Under the pieces are notes generated by a model, which made no database searches, was not told where the DNA came from, and saw only the letters and a list, made by a program, of their open reading frames with translations. The position numbers and the translations under genes were made by a program. A stretch of DNA of 64,000 bases from Lama glama (taxonomy: Eukaryota), in contig CM052816.1 in assembly GCA_028534125.1 (NCBI GenBank), positions 90,026,001 to 90,090,000 of the forward strand. The letters run 5' to 3'. The stretch's first letter is position 1, and each line of letters begins with the position of its first letter. This document shows positions 11,261 to 23,561 of this stretch, in pieces.

Positions 11261-12380
11261 AATGAGAAAAGTTCAACCAGTATAAGAAAGGCTTAGCCTA
11301 AGACAAAATACAAGTAAGTTCTTTCTTAACCATAGGCTGCCCAGGCAGTTATAGAATTTAACCAAGTATTTTAATTATTCTGTAACCTAGAGCAGGTAAT
11401 AATGATAAAAGAGAAACATATATCTTGAGCTCTAGACATAATTTATCTTTATATGTTCAACCTAAAAATGTAAAATTGTCTAAATTTTTAATATAAGTGA
11501 TTTTACTTTGTACAGGTCCAAAATAGGATCTATATTATGAAATATACTCGTGTGAACAAATCATTTAACAGTGTTTTCTCCCTTTTTATGCAATTGTTAA
11601 TATCGATTTAGATAGCATTTAAAATCAAACAAAGTCAGGGAATTCTCAGGTAAATTACCTAAAACTTTTAAGTGCTACAAAGAAGTATTATGACTTTGTT
11701 ACTGAGAGATAGCCAAGAGGATAATACTTGTAAGAGTAAGTATCTTCCATAATGTTGGAAGTCACATTTCGCAATGCTTTTGGGGTCATGCTGATATACT
11801 GGCCAGGAATATAATTTTTAAAAAGTTGACCAAGTAGCCACAAGATGGCAGTATAACATAAAAGACAATGCAAATAACAAAAATTACTTTTAGTTGTATA
11901 AATACTGCTAACGTGTATGCCTTAATTTCATCTGATCAAAAGAAATAAATAGCAAAAAAAGAAAAACACCCCGCTCTCTACTAAATGTTTGATTGGAACA
12001 AGTTAGTAGGACATAGGCCATTGCACACCTCACATTTGGAAGTAAAAGTAGCATTCTATTTAACTGTAATTTCAGGAACATAGATCCCCAAAAGGAAATT
12101 TTGCAAAGAGGCCTGAAGAGTTTCCCTTCCTTAAACAAATGAGACTTGTCAAAGTGAAATCAAAGTAGATAAGTTACACTCACTGAGACACAATATACAT
12201 ATATATCCACATATGCAAACATAATGCACAGGGAGCTATTAAACGAAGTCTAAAAATGTCTACATTGCCGTATTTATTGAAGCACTCAACTACTTTGAAA
12301 TTTAAATACAGATTTATTTGAATGAGTTAAAAAGAAGTTATGTAACAAATTTGTTCAAACAGTGTCAAGTGTGTTGACTT

Positions 12381-12504
12381 TTTTTTTTTTGGTGGGAGGA
12401 AGGTAGTGAGGTTATTTATTTTCAGAGGAGGTACTGGGGATTGAACCCAGGACCTCATGCATGCTAAGCATGCTCTCTACCACTCGAGCTATACCCTCCT
12501 CCCC
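12381..12504 (-). mobile_element. tRNA-derived SINE, camelid vic-1-like
   Basis: Minus strand reads ggggaggagggtatagctcgagtggtagagagcatgcttagcatgcatgaggtcctgggttcaatccccagtacctcc... with Pol III A and B boxes and a poly(A) tail; TSD aagtg(c)tgttgactt at 12367-12380 and 12505-12519. Confidence 0.9.
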
Positions 12505-13689
12505 AAGTGCTGTTGACTTCTGAATATTTTTATGAATATAAAGTATATTGTATTAAATACTTTAAGTCCCAAATTTTAGAAGAAAAATAATCTTTACTAT
12601 TAAGATATTCTAATATATTTTATCTATGAAGTTGGAAACAGTTTACTGTGTGAAGAAGTACATTGACAGTGTTAGATGCCACTGGTTCTATTTTAAGTGT
12701 GAAATTGTGCATGACTCTTCCTCTTTATATTTCAGCAATGTTAAGCCCAAACACCAGCCCATTTGAGCATCAGGGTTCATTCATTCTTTAGCTGAAGATT
12801 GTTATAATATCCTTTGATTCCAATCCTTATGGTCCAAAAGCTCCTGAAATGCACTAGTTTGTTTTCCTAATTTTGCAATTAGGATCCTGAATAGCAAAAA
12901 AATAGTAATAATTTGGGTTATAAGATTAACATTTTGTGTTCATTAAAATTATTTAATGAATTTAAATGAAACCACCCACAATGTCTGAATTTGATTAACA
13001 TATATCGTAAGTCACAAATTGAACATTTTAAATAAAATATGCATAATATTGTATTATAATAGGACATCATTTTTTTTCTACTTTTTTAGAAACATTTTAA
13101 GCAAAGTATGCATAATACTCTCTTATAATAATATACTCTCAACTTTGGTTTTTCTTTGTCCAAAATTACATACATAAGAGCAATTTTTTTGATGGTTCAG
13201 TTAATTGAGTTTATATTATATTATAGTATGCTGTGACATATTATTACATCATATCATAGTTTATTCTAATGAAATCTGACAGTATATATCTTTACTAGCA
13301 TAGCAGATCTTTCTGCCCTTTATCTTCCTATCTCCCTATGGCTTTGTCAATTATTTTCCTCTCTCCACTGATGGCTCTGGAAACTTTTTCCTCTCACACC
13401 AACTTTGCCATTTTTTAGATGATTACGAGAACCAGGGATCTCTCTACTAAAATTTTTAGCACTATAATATACTCATCAGGCAAATGTTTAATTAGGAAAT
13501 TAGTGCTGGCAGAAAGCAAGGAGCAAGATAAATACAGCTCTTTGCAACCTTTTGATTAGCCGGGACTGAGATTCCCTAGGTGTGTAGATGAATGGAAGCC
13601 TTAGGGTACTCTGGGGTCACCTGATCTACCACGGGGTAGGGGTGGGGAAGGCTGACGGCGGGTGCAAGTACTTTGATTTGTGTAAAAGA

Positions 13690-13955
13690 TTATATATAAT
13701 CTGAAACCTGAAAGGAATACTGGGTGCTAGCCAGGTGAAGTAGGTAGGGAGGGGTGGAGAGGAAAGGGAGAAAGACAAAAGGGGTAATATTCTACAGATA
13801 ATCTAAGAAAAGGGAACAGCATGAACCGCTGCCCAGCTGAGCAAGTTTGCAGTAGGTGGGAACCAAAGCAGAAAGGCAGGCTAGGAATACTGAGAAATAA
13901 GTGAGCTAATACGGGCAGTATCATGAAAGGCCTTGAAGCCATGTTAAGAATCACC
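13690..13955 (-). mobile_element. L2 LINE relic
   Basis: ctgaaacctgaaagga...atcatgaaaggccttgaagccatgttaagaa is typical of antisense L2. Confidence 0.55.
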
Positions 13956-16255
13956 CGCTCTCTCCTGAGGGTCCTGGCCATGATCAGTGAAATGTTCTAG
14001 CCGAGGAATAGATGCATGTCTACAGAAGCACAGTGGTTCTTCCTTCTAAATCTTTCCCCTGTCTCTTCCAAGCTAGTCTCCATTCTTCCTAGGCTGGAAT
14101 CTTCCTAGTGCACAGTGGCTGAGGTTAATTCCTGGCTTCAGAGTTTTCCCACTGACTTTCAGGAAAATGGCACAACCCTGTCGTCTTGTTGCTAACTTTT
14201 CAGACATACCATCCCAAGCAGGATGCGCTCTCTTTTCCAGCTGCTTTATCAGCAGTTTCCAGCATGTATCCCGCTCCTTCGTGCCCATCCTGCCTTTAGG
14301 TGTAGATTTGCTCACAAAGTCTGAAATTCTTTTTCCCCACGTCTTCGGCTTTCTAACTGTAGGGCCGTTCTCTTTACTAGACACTAATTTCATTCTCCAT
14401 CTCCTGCTCTAGTATTTTGCAAATACCCAACATAATACTAACTAGTATTATAATCACCTCTTTTCTTATCTGCTGCTACCCATCGTAAAACTCTAAGTTT
14501 ATTGAGGAGATAGGTGTGTTTTGTATTTAGTAACCACCATAGCAAAGTTGATGGAATGATAAAAGGCCTGAACAGAAGTAAAAGTGACCTTTTCTTGCAA
14601 CAGAGAGCATGAGGGCTCAGCCAGCCAAGAATTTCATCTAGGCAGTATGTACCTATGTCCATATTTCTCTTACTATTTTGTTTTATCTTTTTTTTTATTT
14701 TAGAAGAATTTAAAAAAAGAAAAAGGAGATAAGATCATATGCATGGCTACTTTCTGCTTTTCTTTGCAACTCAGTGTCTCATATAAACCTCACCTCCCAT
14801 TGCCTGTGGACGTTGCAGAAAACTCTGTTACCAATAACCTAAGGAAAAGAAAGCCATCTTTGAAACATGCTGATAAACAGGAAGTGAAATTTTCCGGCAA
14901 CATCTCAAGGCTGTACTGTTACTTCTAAGTCTTGTTACCATGTGAAGTTACTCCTTTTAGAGACGGCTGAGGACAACATTCAGTTACGTTCTGATCTTTG
15001 CCCATGACATTTGAAACTTTGCATACTTGTAAATGAAGCTGGACAAATTTACCAAATTTTAAAGGGATTCATTCAACAACTCAAATTCACTTTTACTTCA
15101 AAAGCTCATTTCTGGGGAGGGCCACTTAAAAATGCCCCAGTGAGAGGTGAAAAAGCTAAACAGGCAGGGGAGACAGTGAAAAAGATGCTTAAAAACCTGT
15201 GTCTAAACTCTTCTGCACCATGGTGTGAAAAGGGTTTATATTGACAGTCAAAGTTTGTCTCTAGTCTACATGGATTTGGGGGAAATGTGTTTATTTTGTA
15301 GTTATTACTATTTTCTGAGTTATGCTGTAGAGTGTGCTGTGTCTGTAATTTGTGTGGATCAGCTGTCATGAACAGATGCTCATCGGATCAGGAGCTGGGA
15401 CCACGAAGACTGAAAGAATGAGGTACAGGCAGGACGAACTAAACCCTGGAGGAAGAATGACAAACAGAGCTGAAAGGTTCAAGATGGACTCAAATTAGAC
15501 TTAATTTACTCTACTAGGTGATATTTAATTCTGAACAATCCAGACTTTTAGAGATTTTTTTGAGAATCAAGTTTTACAAAGTAGCAGAAGAGCATCTTTC
15601 ATAATCACGTTATGCCTTTCAGTCTGGAGAGTCTGTGGGTTTTCGTGTTATTTTCTTTTTGTTTTGTTATATTTTGTTTTGAGTCAAAGGGCAGGAACCC
15701 AGCTAAGGATGGATCCAGTTCCCACCTGCTGGGAGAGGGTACAGTCTGCCCTGAAAGGATGGTTGTCAAACATTTTCCAAAGAGGCAGACCCCGGGGGTA
15801 GGAAATGAACCTTGCGGGGGAGGTGTAGGTTGGGCGTGTCCTAAACTGAGATGGGGATGTAGGGAGGAAGGGTCACTGTGTTTTCTCTTTATGCCTTTCC
15901 CTCTTGAATTTGGACCCTGAAGACTCTAGGAATGTGTAATATCTGCCTGAATGGTAGATAGAGGGTTTTCTGCCACAGACTATAATCTTATCAGGAAGCC
16001 AAGGAGACCGGTAAGCAGTTGGGGCCATACCTGAGGGCTTTGCAAGCCAGATGAAACACAAAGCCACTCCAAGTGTCTCTGTGTTATAATTCTCTCTCTA
16101 AACCATTGACCAAGTTTACAAATGGTATAAGATGGATTATTGTCAACTGATTAAAAAAATGTGCTCTTTACTATTCACTTTCCCAATTCTGTATTTGCAT
16201 CACTCTCCATGAATTTAAATCTTACGTTTTTGAATATAGTTGTAATTCAGCTACA

Positions 16256-16274
16256 TGCACACCAGGGGGCAACC
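16256..16274 (+). promoter_or_regulatory. Candidate CTCF motif
   Basis: tgcacaccagggggcaacc resembles the CCASYAGRKGGCRS core. Confidence 0.3.
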
Positions 16275-17641
16275 ATGTTCTGAATTTCTATTTCTTATTT
16301 GTAAAGTGATAGACTGCTCTAAACCCAAATGACCCTAATGTGCTTACGTTTGTATGTTCTACCAAATAAAGCGTAAGCAAGAGCTTAGACTGCTGGGACA
16401 AAACTGTGGACATGTTATTCAAGAATGAGATTCTCCCTGAAATGAATCTTCTCATTCCATTCAGTGTCAGGCATTACAGAATCCTTGGTCTCTTTGTTCT
16501 CTGAAGGATCCATTTACTCTAACTATGCAATTTTAGGTCAGCTTTTAAAAATGATTTTGCGGCCACAACACCATCCCGTACCCTTCAATCTTGGAATTTT
16601 AACGCCACCATTGAAAAGCATTCATAATATACTTTTATATATTGAAATACGAAGTTCATCATATTCATTAAAATAATACTCAGTTAGTATTCCAGGGGTA
16701 TTCTTTGGTAGCATAGTGGGAAATGGCAGCAGAATACCAATAAGTTGTCCCATCTTCTGACACACACGTCATAACATTGAAAAAATTGCCCAATTTTAAC
16801 ATTTATGCAACCAGTATTATAAAAGAGACACACTAATTTTGCTTTCTATTTTTGTCATCAACAAAATGATATGTATGGACAGCTACAAAATTAGCACTGT
16901 TCATTAGTCAAGAGTTCAACAGAAATTGTTTCTTTAGAAACAAGTTTGTCTATTGGCACAGATTTCAAGATATTTGCATAAATTTCCGAGGCACAAATTC
17001 TCAGAGCTTTATACCCATGTGCATGAAGCTATTCTGTATGTTTCATCTGCGGGTGAGTGTGTGTATGTGTGTGTCCATGTCCATGGAGCAAGCTTACGAG
17101 TGTTAATGTAATAGGTGGGCAGTGAACTGTTCATGGAAATAATGGGACACGTATCAGAAAAGAAAAGTGAACAACACACTGCACACTGGCTCTGGGAGTC
17201 TCCATTGATAAAGAAAGACATAGCTTATTAAAGCTCACTGCAGGCTCCCTGAATGTCCAGATACAGGTGGAAATTATTTCATTGCTTACTCACCTGTAAG
17301 ACACTAAAGGCTATCTCCTTTGAAGCAGGTTTTTCTGTTGGGAGTATTTTAGTGACCACTGATGGGAGGATATAGAAAATCATGGTACTCTTGCCTAGGC
17401 TCCAATTACTGAGAGAAGGATAGCGCTATTTATTCAAGGAGAAATCACTGGACACTGAGCGGGGCGTGGGTCTTGCTGTCCCTGAATACAAACTCCAAGT
17501 CCAGGAGTCACCCATATGACAGAAGGTCCTGAGTACTTTACACCAAAGATCTCAGATCCCTCACTGATGCCAGGAACAGTGGCCACTCCAATACCCAGTT
17601 CTGGAAGCTGACACAAGTGGAATATCATTTTCTGGTTGATT

Positions 17642-17886
17642 TTTTTTTAATTATTGAAGTACAGTCAATTTACAATGTTATGTTAAATTTCTGGTGTACA
17701 GCATAGTGATTCATCTATACGTGTGTGTGTGTGTGTGTATTCCTTTTCATTATAGGCCATTACAAGCTATCAAATATAGTTCCCAGTGCTGTACAGTAGG
17801 ACCTTGTTGTTTATCTATTTTATATATAGTAGTATGTATCTACAAATCCCACACTCCCGATTTATCCCTTTCTACCCCATCTTTCC
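17642..17886 (-). mobile_element. 5'-truncated L1 3' tail with TSD
   Basis: ttattgaagtacagtcaatttacaatgtta...tgctgtacagtaggaccttgttgtttatc; near-identical TSD tctggttgatt (17631-17641) / tctggctgatt (17887-17897). Confidence 0.88.
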
Positions 17887-17944
17887 TCTGGCTGATTCTT
17901 TGACTGCTTCCATAATTCAAGTGAGCAGTGGCTAATATTGCATC

Positions 17945-17952
<8 letters not shown>

Positions 17953-17976
<24 letters not shown>
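17953..17976. repeat. (TG)12 microsatellite
   Basis: Read directly. Confidence 0.95.
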
Positions 17977-17977
<1 letters not shown>

Positions 17978-18699
17978 ATACACGCTTCCAAGGGACTCAC
18001 TATAATTAACTCTCAGGTGTACCTGAATCCTGTTGTAGTGGAACTATGGTAAACCGAGAGCTTTCTATGAATCTTGCTATTCAAGGTTCTTTAGAGCCAA
18101 GTATCCCTTTCCATTCTAGTGAATTTTCAGTTGAACAGAACTTTACAAAGTTTTGTATATGTATAAAGAAAAAAGTGGAAATCATAACCTCCACTCTTTT
18201 ACTTACTTGATGCCTAGAAAGGGTTGTTGAGCATTTGCTCTGTGCAAAGGATTTAGCTAATACTTTCCCCCCAGAGCCCTGGGGTTTCTCTCTCTGTCTC
18301 GTTTGTTTGCTGGGTCATATGGTAATTGAGTGGGGCATCTTCAGGGGGTTGCTTTTGTTTGTGCTTTATCATGGGAGTCATTAAACTGCAGGCAGAAAGG
18401 ATGGATACGTTGCAAATTGCATGTTTCGAAGAAAAGAGCACAGGTGCACATTTGTTCTGATTTTTCCATCTGTCTCCACTGCTGAAAGAATACAATGTCA
18501 CATGCTCAGTAAGAAAGGCTACTAACAAAGAGAATGAAATATATATATATATATGTATAGATATATATACCTATATATTTCATGTATATATATAGGTATA
18601 TTTCATACATATATCTACATATCTTTAGCTTTCCAAATTATCCAATATTGGAATGTTTTACTGAATAACCGAATTGAGATGATAAGACTGGGTAAGAAC

Positions 18700-18880
18700 C
18701 CGCTGTGACCTTTACAGTGCTCTGAGAATTTCTAGGCATTATCTAATTAAATCCTCAGCACAGCCTTAGGAAGTAGGTATTGTCCTTCTTATTTTACAAA
18801 TAAGGTGGAAAAGCTAAATATATCCAAGGTCATGGGGACTGGACAGTGAGGACGCCAGTCTTCAACAGGCCTGTGCGCCT
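18700..18880. mobile_element. MIR SINE relic
   Basis: taaatcctcagcacagccttaggaagtaggtattgtccttcttattttacaaataagg resembles the MIR core. Confidence 0.65.
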
Positions 18881-20979
18881 TCTCTGGTTAAATGTCCTCT
18901 CAAGAGTGAGGACCATGTTTGCAAACCAAATGTTGCAGTTTGTCCTACAGATTATGATACCTGCTTACTGTTTCAAGTAGTATCCGAGTAGCCAGCATTA
19001 TAAATGTATCTTAACATAACTTTAGATATTACTTTAAATTTATATGGTTACGTGCTTTGTTGACAACATGGACTCAAAAACATAATCTCTTCTTGAAGAT
19101 ATAAGAAGGAAAGAGTTAGAATTTCTTATGTTAACTGACACTGATCATATTAAACATAAGATCAAATACTTCATAGATGAAATTCTAATTAAGTATTAAT
19201 CTACAATGCTTTAGGAAGAGGCCAAAAAAATAAAATAGCTTTAAAATTGAATAATAAAGCCATAACATATAATATGCACATTCTATTTTCCCCCCAAAAT
19301 TAAATTATCATTTTATTCAAATGACAATAACACATGTGATTTGCAAATAAGTATTTCTCGGTGGGTTGGTGATGTTACCGTTTGAATCAAAATAATTATT
19401 CAAATAATTCCCAATTTCACCCCATGCCTCCTTTTTCTATTTTGGATGAAAAATGTTTCAAAGCTTCAAATCTTTCCAAGGTGGTAGAGATCAATACTAA
19501 TTCAGTACAATTATAAAATTCTTTATTGTAGCTGTTCCTTCACTATTTTCCCTAATATAATCCTTAGAAATAAATGTCTACTATAAACAGAAAACAGTAG
19601 GTCCTTCATCCTTAAACTATGCCGTGTGTTATAACAAGACACAAAAATAAACATCTAGTCCAAACGCCCAGCCTATAAGACATCATAAAATAAGAGGAAA
19701 TATGGATAGATGTAATTCAAAAGTTTCTGTAAAATGTGCTTCATCTCTGCAATTCCCTTGTACTTACTCCAATATTCCTTTTTTAGGACTCTCAGTGTTA
19801 CAGCAGTAGTGTTACAGTGTTACAGTTTCTTGTTTTTTTGTCAGAGTTCTTCTAAAGAGATGATAAAGAGAAAAAATCTATTATCATCATTCAGAGCAGG
19901 AATAAGCAATGTAAGAAATATACTCGTAACAGTGATACATATTTTAATGGGAAAAGTAGAACCTATTTTAAGGCAATTTCCATTCTATCCTGTAAATTGC
20001 CCCTTTGTGAGCCCCAAAGTATTTTAAACTATTAAGAAATTGCCCCTATTTCTGTTTTATTAAGAAAATATTGCTTTACCTTAATTTGGGTTAACATTCC
20101 ATCCATCCAATATATTATCACTTTTGAGAAGTAATATATTGCAATAACTCCTGGCTGCAGATGAAAAACAGAAAAAAAAAAAGGCATCTCTGAGTGTCAA
20201 GATTAATTTAAAGTTTCACCTCAAGTCAATGGAGTTTCCCTTCCTTCAATATAAGCAATAAGAAGTATTTTATTAGTTAGGAAAAACACTTCTCCAAAAA
20301 AAAACAAAACCACCAACCTGATCAAATTAAGACTGAATTTAACCAAGGTACAGCTGGCAGACACAAGAACTTTTAGCTGATATTTAAGGTACAAATTTGG
20401 AGATACACCTTCATAAAGACATAGATTTTTATAAGAAAATCCAGGGTCAAAGTAAATAATCCATATTAAATTTAGTAAATGGATGCTCAGAGGTAAATAA
20501 ACTCTTTTGAAACAAACTAAATAAGGGACAAAGACCACAAAGGCCAGAGTTTCCTCCCCTAGAGGTAGTGTCAGCTGCTTTGCTAACCACACACTTAGTC
20601 TTAAAGGGATCTTGCTGAGAGGTAAGGGGGGCCATTTAAAGGCTCAATGCCACCCACGTAAGTAAAATGAAGTGATGTACTTTGAGGGTGCGGTGTGTGA
20701 AATGGGGGCTTCAGACCAACATGCCTACAAATGTGTCACCCCCTAGAACTGCCAAAAAGGGGAACAGAGCCCTCCTCTAATGCCTTCATGCCCTTCACCT
20801 CCGGAGATTCAGACATGGCCGTGGCGATGCTCATGACAGTGTGTTTATCAAGAAGAAGGAGAGAATGATGGCAGAAAAGGTGGATGTGGAAAATATGGAG
20901 CGGGACTAGTTTATATTCTTCAGAAATAATCTTCTTAATTGAGAAATAAGCTATGAAACGATTATGTAATTTCCTGGTC

Positions 20980-21425
20980 CTCAGCTATGACTTCATATTA
21001 ATATCACCTGGAATGAATGAAATGGCCACGTATGAGCCATGGTACTGAAGACTTTGACTCATTTAGTCTTGAGTGGAGGCTGAGAGTCAATGTGTGAATT
21101 GTCTTACCAGTGTTTTTTTTTTTGGTTTTTTTTTGTTTGTTTTTAGTAGTTTTATTTATTTATTTATTTATTTATTTACATTTTTTATTGATTCATAATC
21201 ATTTTACAGTGTTGTGTCAAATTCCAGTGTTCAGCACAATTTTTCAGTCATTCATGGACATATACACACTCATTGTCACATTTTTTTCCCTGTGATTTAT
21301 CATAACATTTTGTGTATATTTCCCTGTGCTATACAGTGTAATCTTGTTTATCTATTCTACAATTTTGAAATCCCAGTTACCAGTGTTTTTAATGTCCCGC
21401 CAGAAAGAAGAATCATTGCCCAGAC
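20980..21425. mobile_element. MER5-like hAT-Charlie relic interrupted by an L1 tail
   Basis: catattaatatcacctgga...gactttgactcatttagtcttgagtggaggc continues after the L1 insertion as aatgtcccgccagaaagaagaatcattgc. Confidence 0.45.
21118..21376 (-). mobile_element. Young 5'-truncated L1 3' tail with 14-bp TSD
   Basis: Long T/TTTA-rich tail; exact TSD ttaccagtgttttt at 21104-21117 and 21377-21390. Confidence 0.92.
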
Positions 21426-23059
21426 ATCTCAATAAACTGTTGAAACCGTGGTAGGACTCCAATTCTCAGGGGACATCTGCAAGGTGGTGTTTCATCTTCC
21501 TGATCACTTTGACACATTTTTGGCTCTTCTAGATCTCTTCTAGATCAATTATGCATCGATCTGTCTTGCCCCAAATGTGTGGAAACTGTATGGTGCCCAA
21601 CAGGAAGGAAAGGAGGATTAGGAGTGTCAATGACAGCTCACAGGTGGGCTCACTTCTCTGTGAAAAGTGCTGTAGGGATGGAAACATCACCGCCACTAAA
21701 CAGAGACACACTCGTGTCTACCTATGATTGAACTAAGGGTCTTGTGGAGGGAGTAACTGGACTTTCACTCGGAAAGTTAAAAGGGTTTTTGCCAAAACTG
21801 AAACTCAGTTGAAGAGGTAGTAGTGAGATAACCTGGCCAAAGAATTCAGAAAAAGCCTTGAAGTTTTTGGAAAAATGTCAGAATGTCTTCAACTATTATG
21901 AGCGTCCCTTTTCCTGAGAAGAGAATGTACTGACCACCATGAAGACACCACCGTGAAACTGAGGGTTTAGTGACAAAACCCCTCAACATTGCCCATATTG
22001 CTCTGTTGACTTTTGAAATTATATGATTTTTTGCCCCCTAATAGCGCTTGAGCTAAGCATACGCCTTGTACAGAAATAAGTACTATTTTTCATTCTCTAA
22101 AAACTGACAGCCACCTTTTTTTTGTCATTTTTTTCAATGTTCTGAAACACCTGAAGAGAGAGGAAAGGAGTAGCGCTGGAGATGCAGGACTTCAGAGAAA
22201 CCGTTCTTGATGAGAAGGGAACATTATGCAAGTAGATGTGATGTGTGAGACTTTTTGGAAAATAAGTCTTTTTCCCTTTTGGCAGAGGGAACTTTCCAAG
22301 GTGCACTGAATAGAATTTGAATTTAACATCAGACTGCTATTTTCTCTGAGGAGAAGCTAGAGCTAATCACTTTGAATCTCAGAAAATTTTTTGGGTGTGT
22401 TTATCACGTCTTACAAATAATTTCTGCATGTAATTTTTACTTTGAAGTTATTTTTATTTCTAAAGTACACACAGGGATGAGAATAATTGCTCTCATTATT
22501 GATAAACTGTAGAAATCACAGCTTTGTTCCAACAAGTGTTCACTTTGCCTGTAGTCTTTTTTGCTATACACAAGTGTCGAGGTTGTCCAAGTCACCGAAC
22601 TGAGCACACGCGTGTGCGTTTGTGTGGCTTCTAGACGTGATTATGCTAAAGAACGGTTTTCACACACCTACTCATCTATTTTTTTTCCTTCAAGTGTCTA
22701 TGAATTCATTTTAAAGTGTTTATTTAGAATTAAGAAACAGGTAGAAAAGTAAACTATATTTCTCCACTGATAAGACATTTCAGATTAAATCTCCTATGCT
22801 GATTTCTTGCTAGTTTCCATATGACCATTAAGCTGTGTGTCTATTTAGTTTTCAGTAGCAGTTTTAATCGTAATAATTTCTTGTTTAATATTTTCTACTA
22901 CTAATCTCACATTTTACATCTCTTCCTCATGACTGTGTGATTATTTAGTATTTAATGTTTGCAAATGAACTTTAGAGTCACATGGAAGACAGAGATTAAC
23001 TGAGGAGAACTGATAACACAATCCTCAATTTCCATATCTAAAACCAAGTTCTTTTCTAT

Positions 23060-23470
23060 TTACTTCATTAACTATTCAAATCTATTTCAGGCTTCATATA
23101 GGTTTTGCCCATTTCTTGTTAGACTTATTTTCATTTATTGTATTTCTCTCCTTGTTACAAATAGAAATATTGATTTCATTATATTTTTAGTTTGGTATTT
23201 CCAGAAATAGCAAAATTGCTATTTATATTTATCTATATCCATTCATCTTGCTGGCTTTTCTTATTTGTTCTAATGATATTTTGTTGTTCTGGTATGCCCC
23301 CACCCTTCTGCAGTGATTTTTTAGGTGTTTTAAGTTATAAAATAAAATCAGATGCAGTCAATAATTTGACTTTTCTTTTTCCTACTCTTTAGTTTCTGAT
23401 TTTTCTCTTGACACCTCACATTGACTTTCACTTCCAGGAAATATAAATAATAGTATGGCTAGCGAGCACT
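23060..23470 (-). mobile_element. Old L1 ORF2 relic
   Basis: ttttgcccatttcttgttagacttatt...aaataaaatcagatgcagtcaataatttgacttttcttttcc resembles antisense L1 ORF2. Confidence 0.55.
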
Positions 23471-23505
23471 GTTTTATTGATCCAGAATTACATATGACTG
23501 CATGT

Positions 23506-23508
<3 letters not shown>

Positions 23509-23560
<52 letters not shown>
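23509..23560. repeat. Compound (TG)17(AG)9 microsatellite
   Basis: Read directly. Confidence 0.95.

Positions 23561-23561
<1 letters not shown>

Noticed and set aside
12421..12504. tRNA-like sequence with A and B boxes
   Set aside because: Has a poly(A) tail and TSD, so it is a SINE and not a tRNA gene.
21530..21970. Long plus-strand protein-looking frame (...WTFTRKVKRVFAKTETQLKR***DNLAKEFRKSLEVF...)
   Set aside because: About seven stops in roughly 145 codons, as expected for random sequence; no recognisable family.
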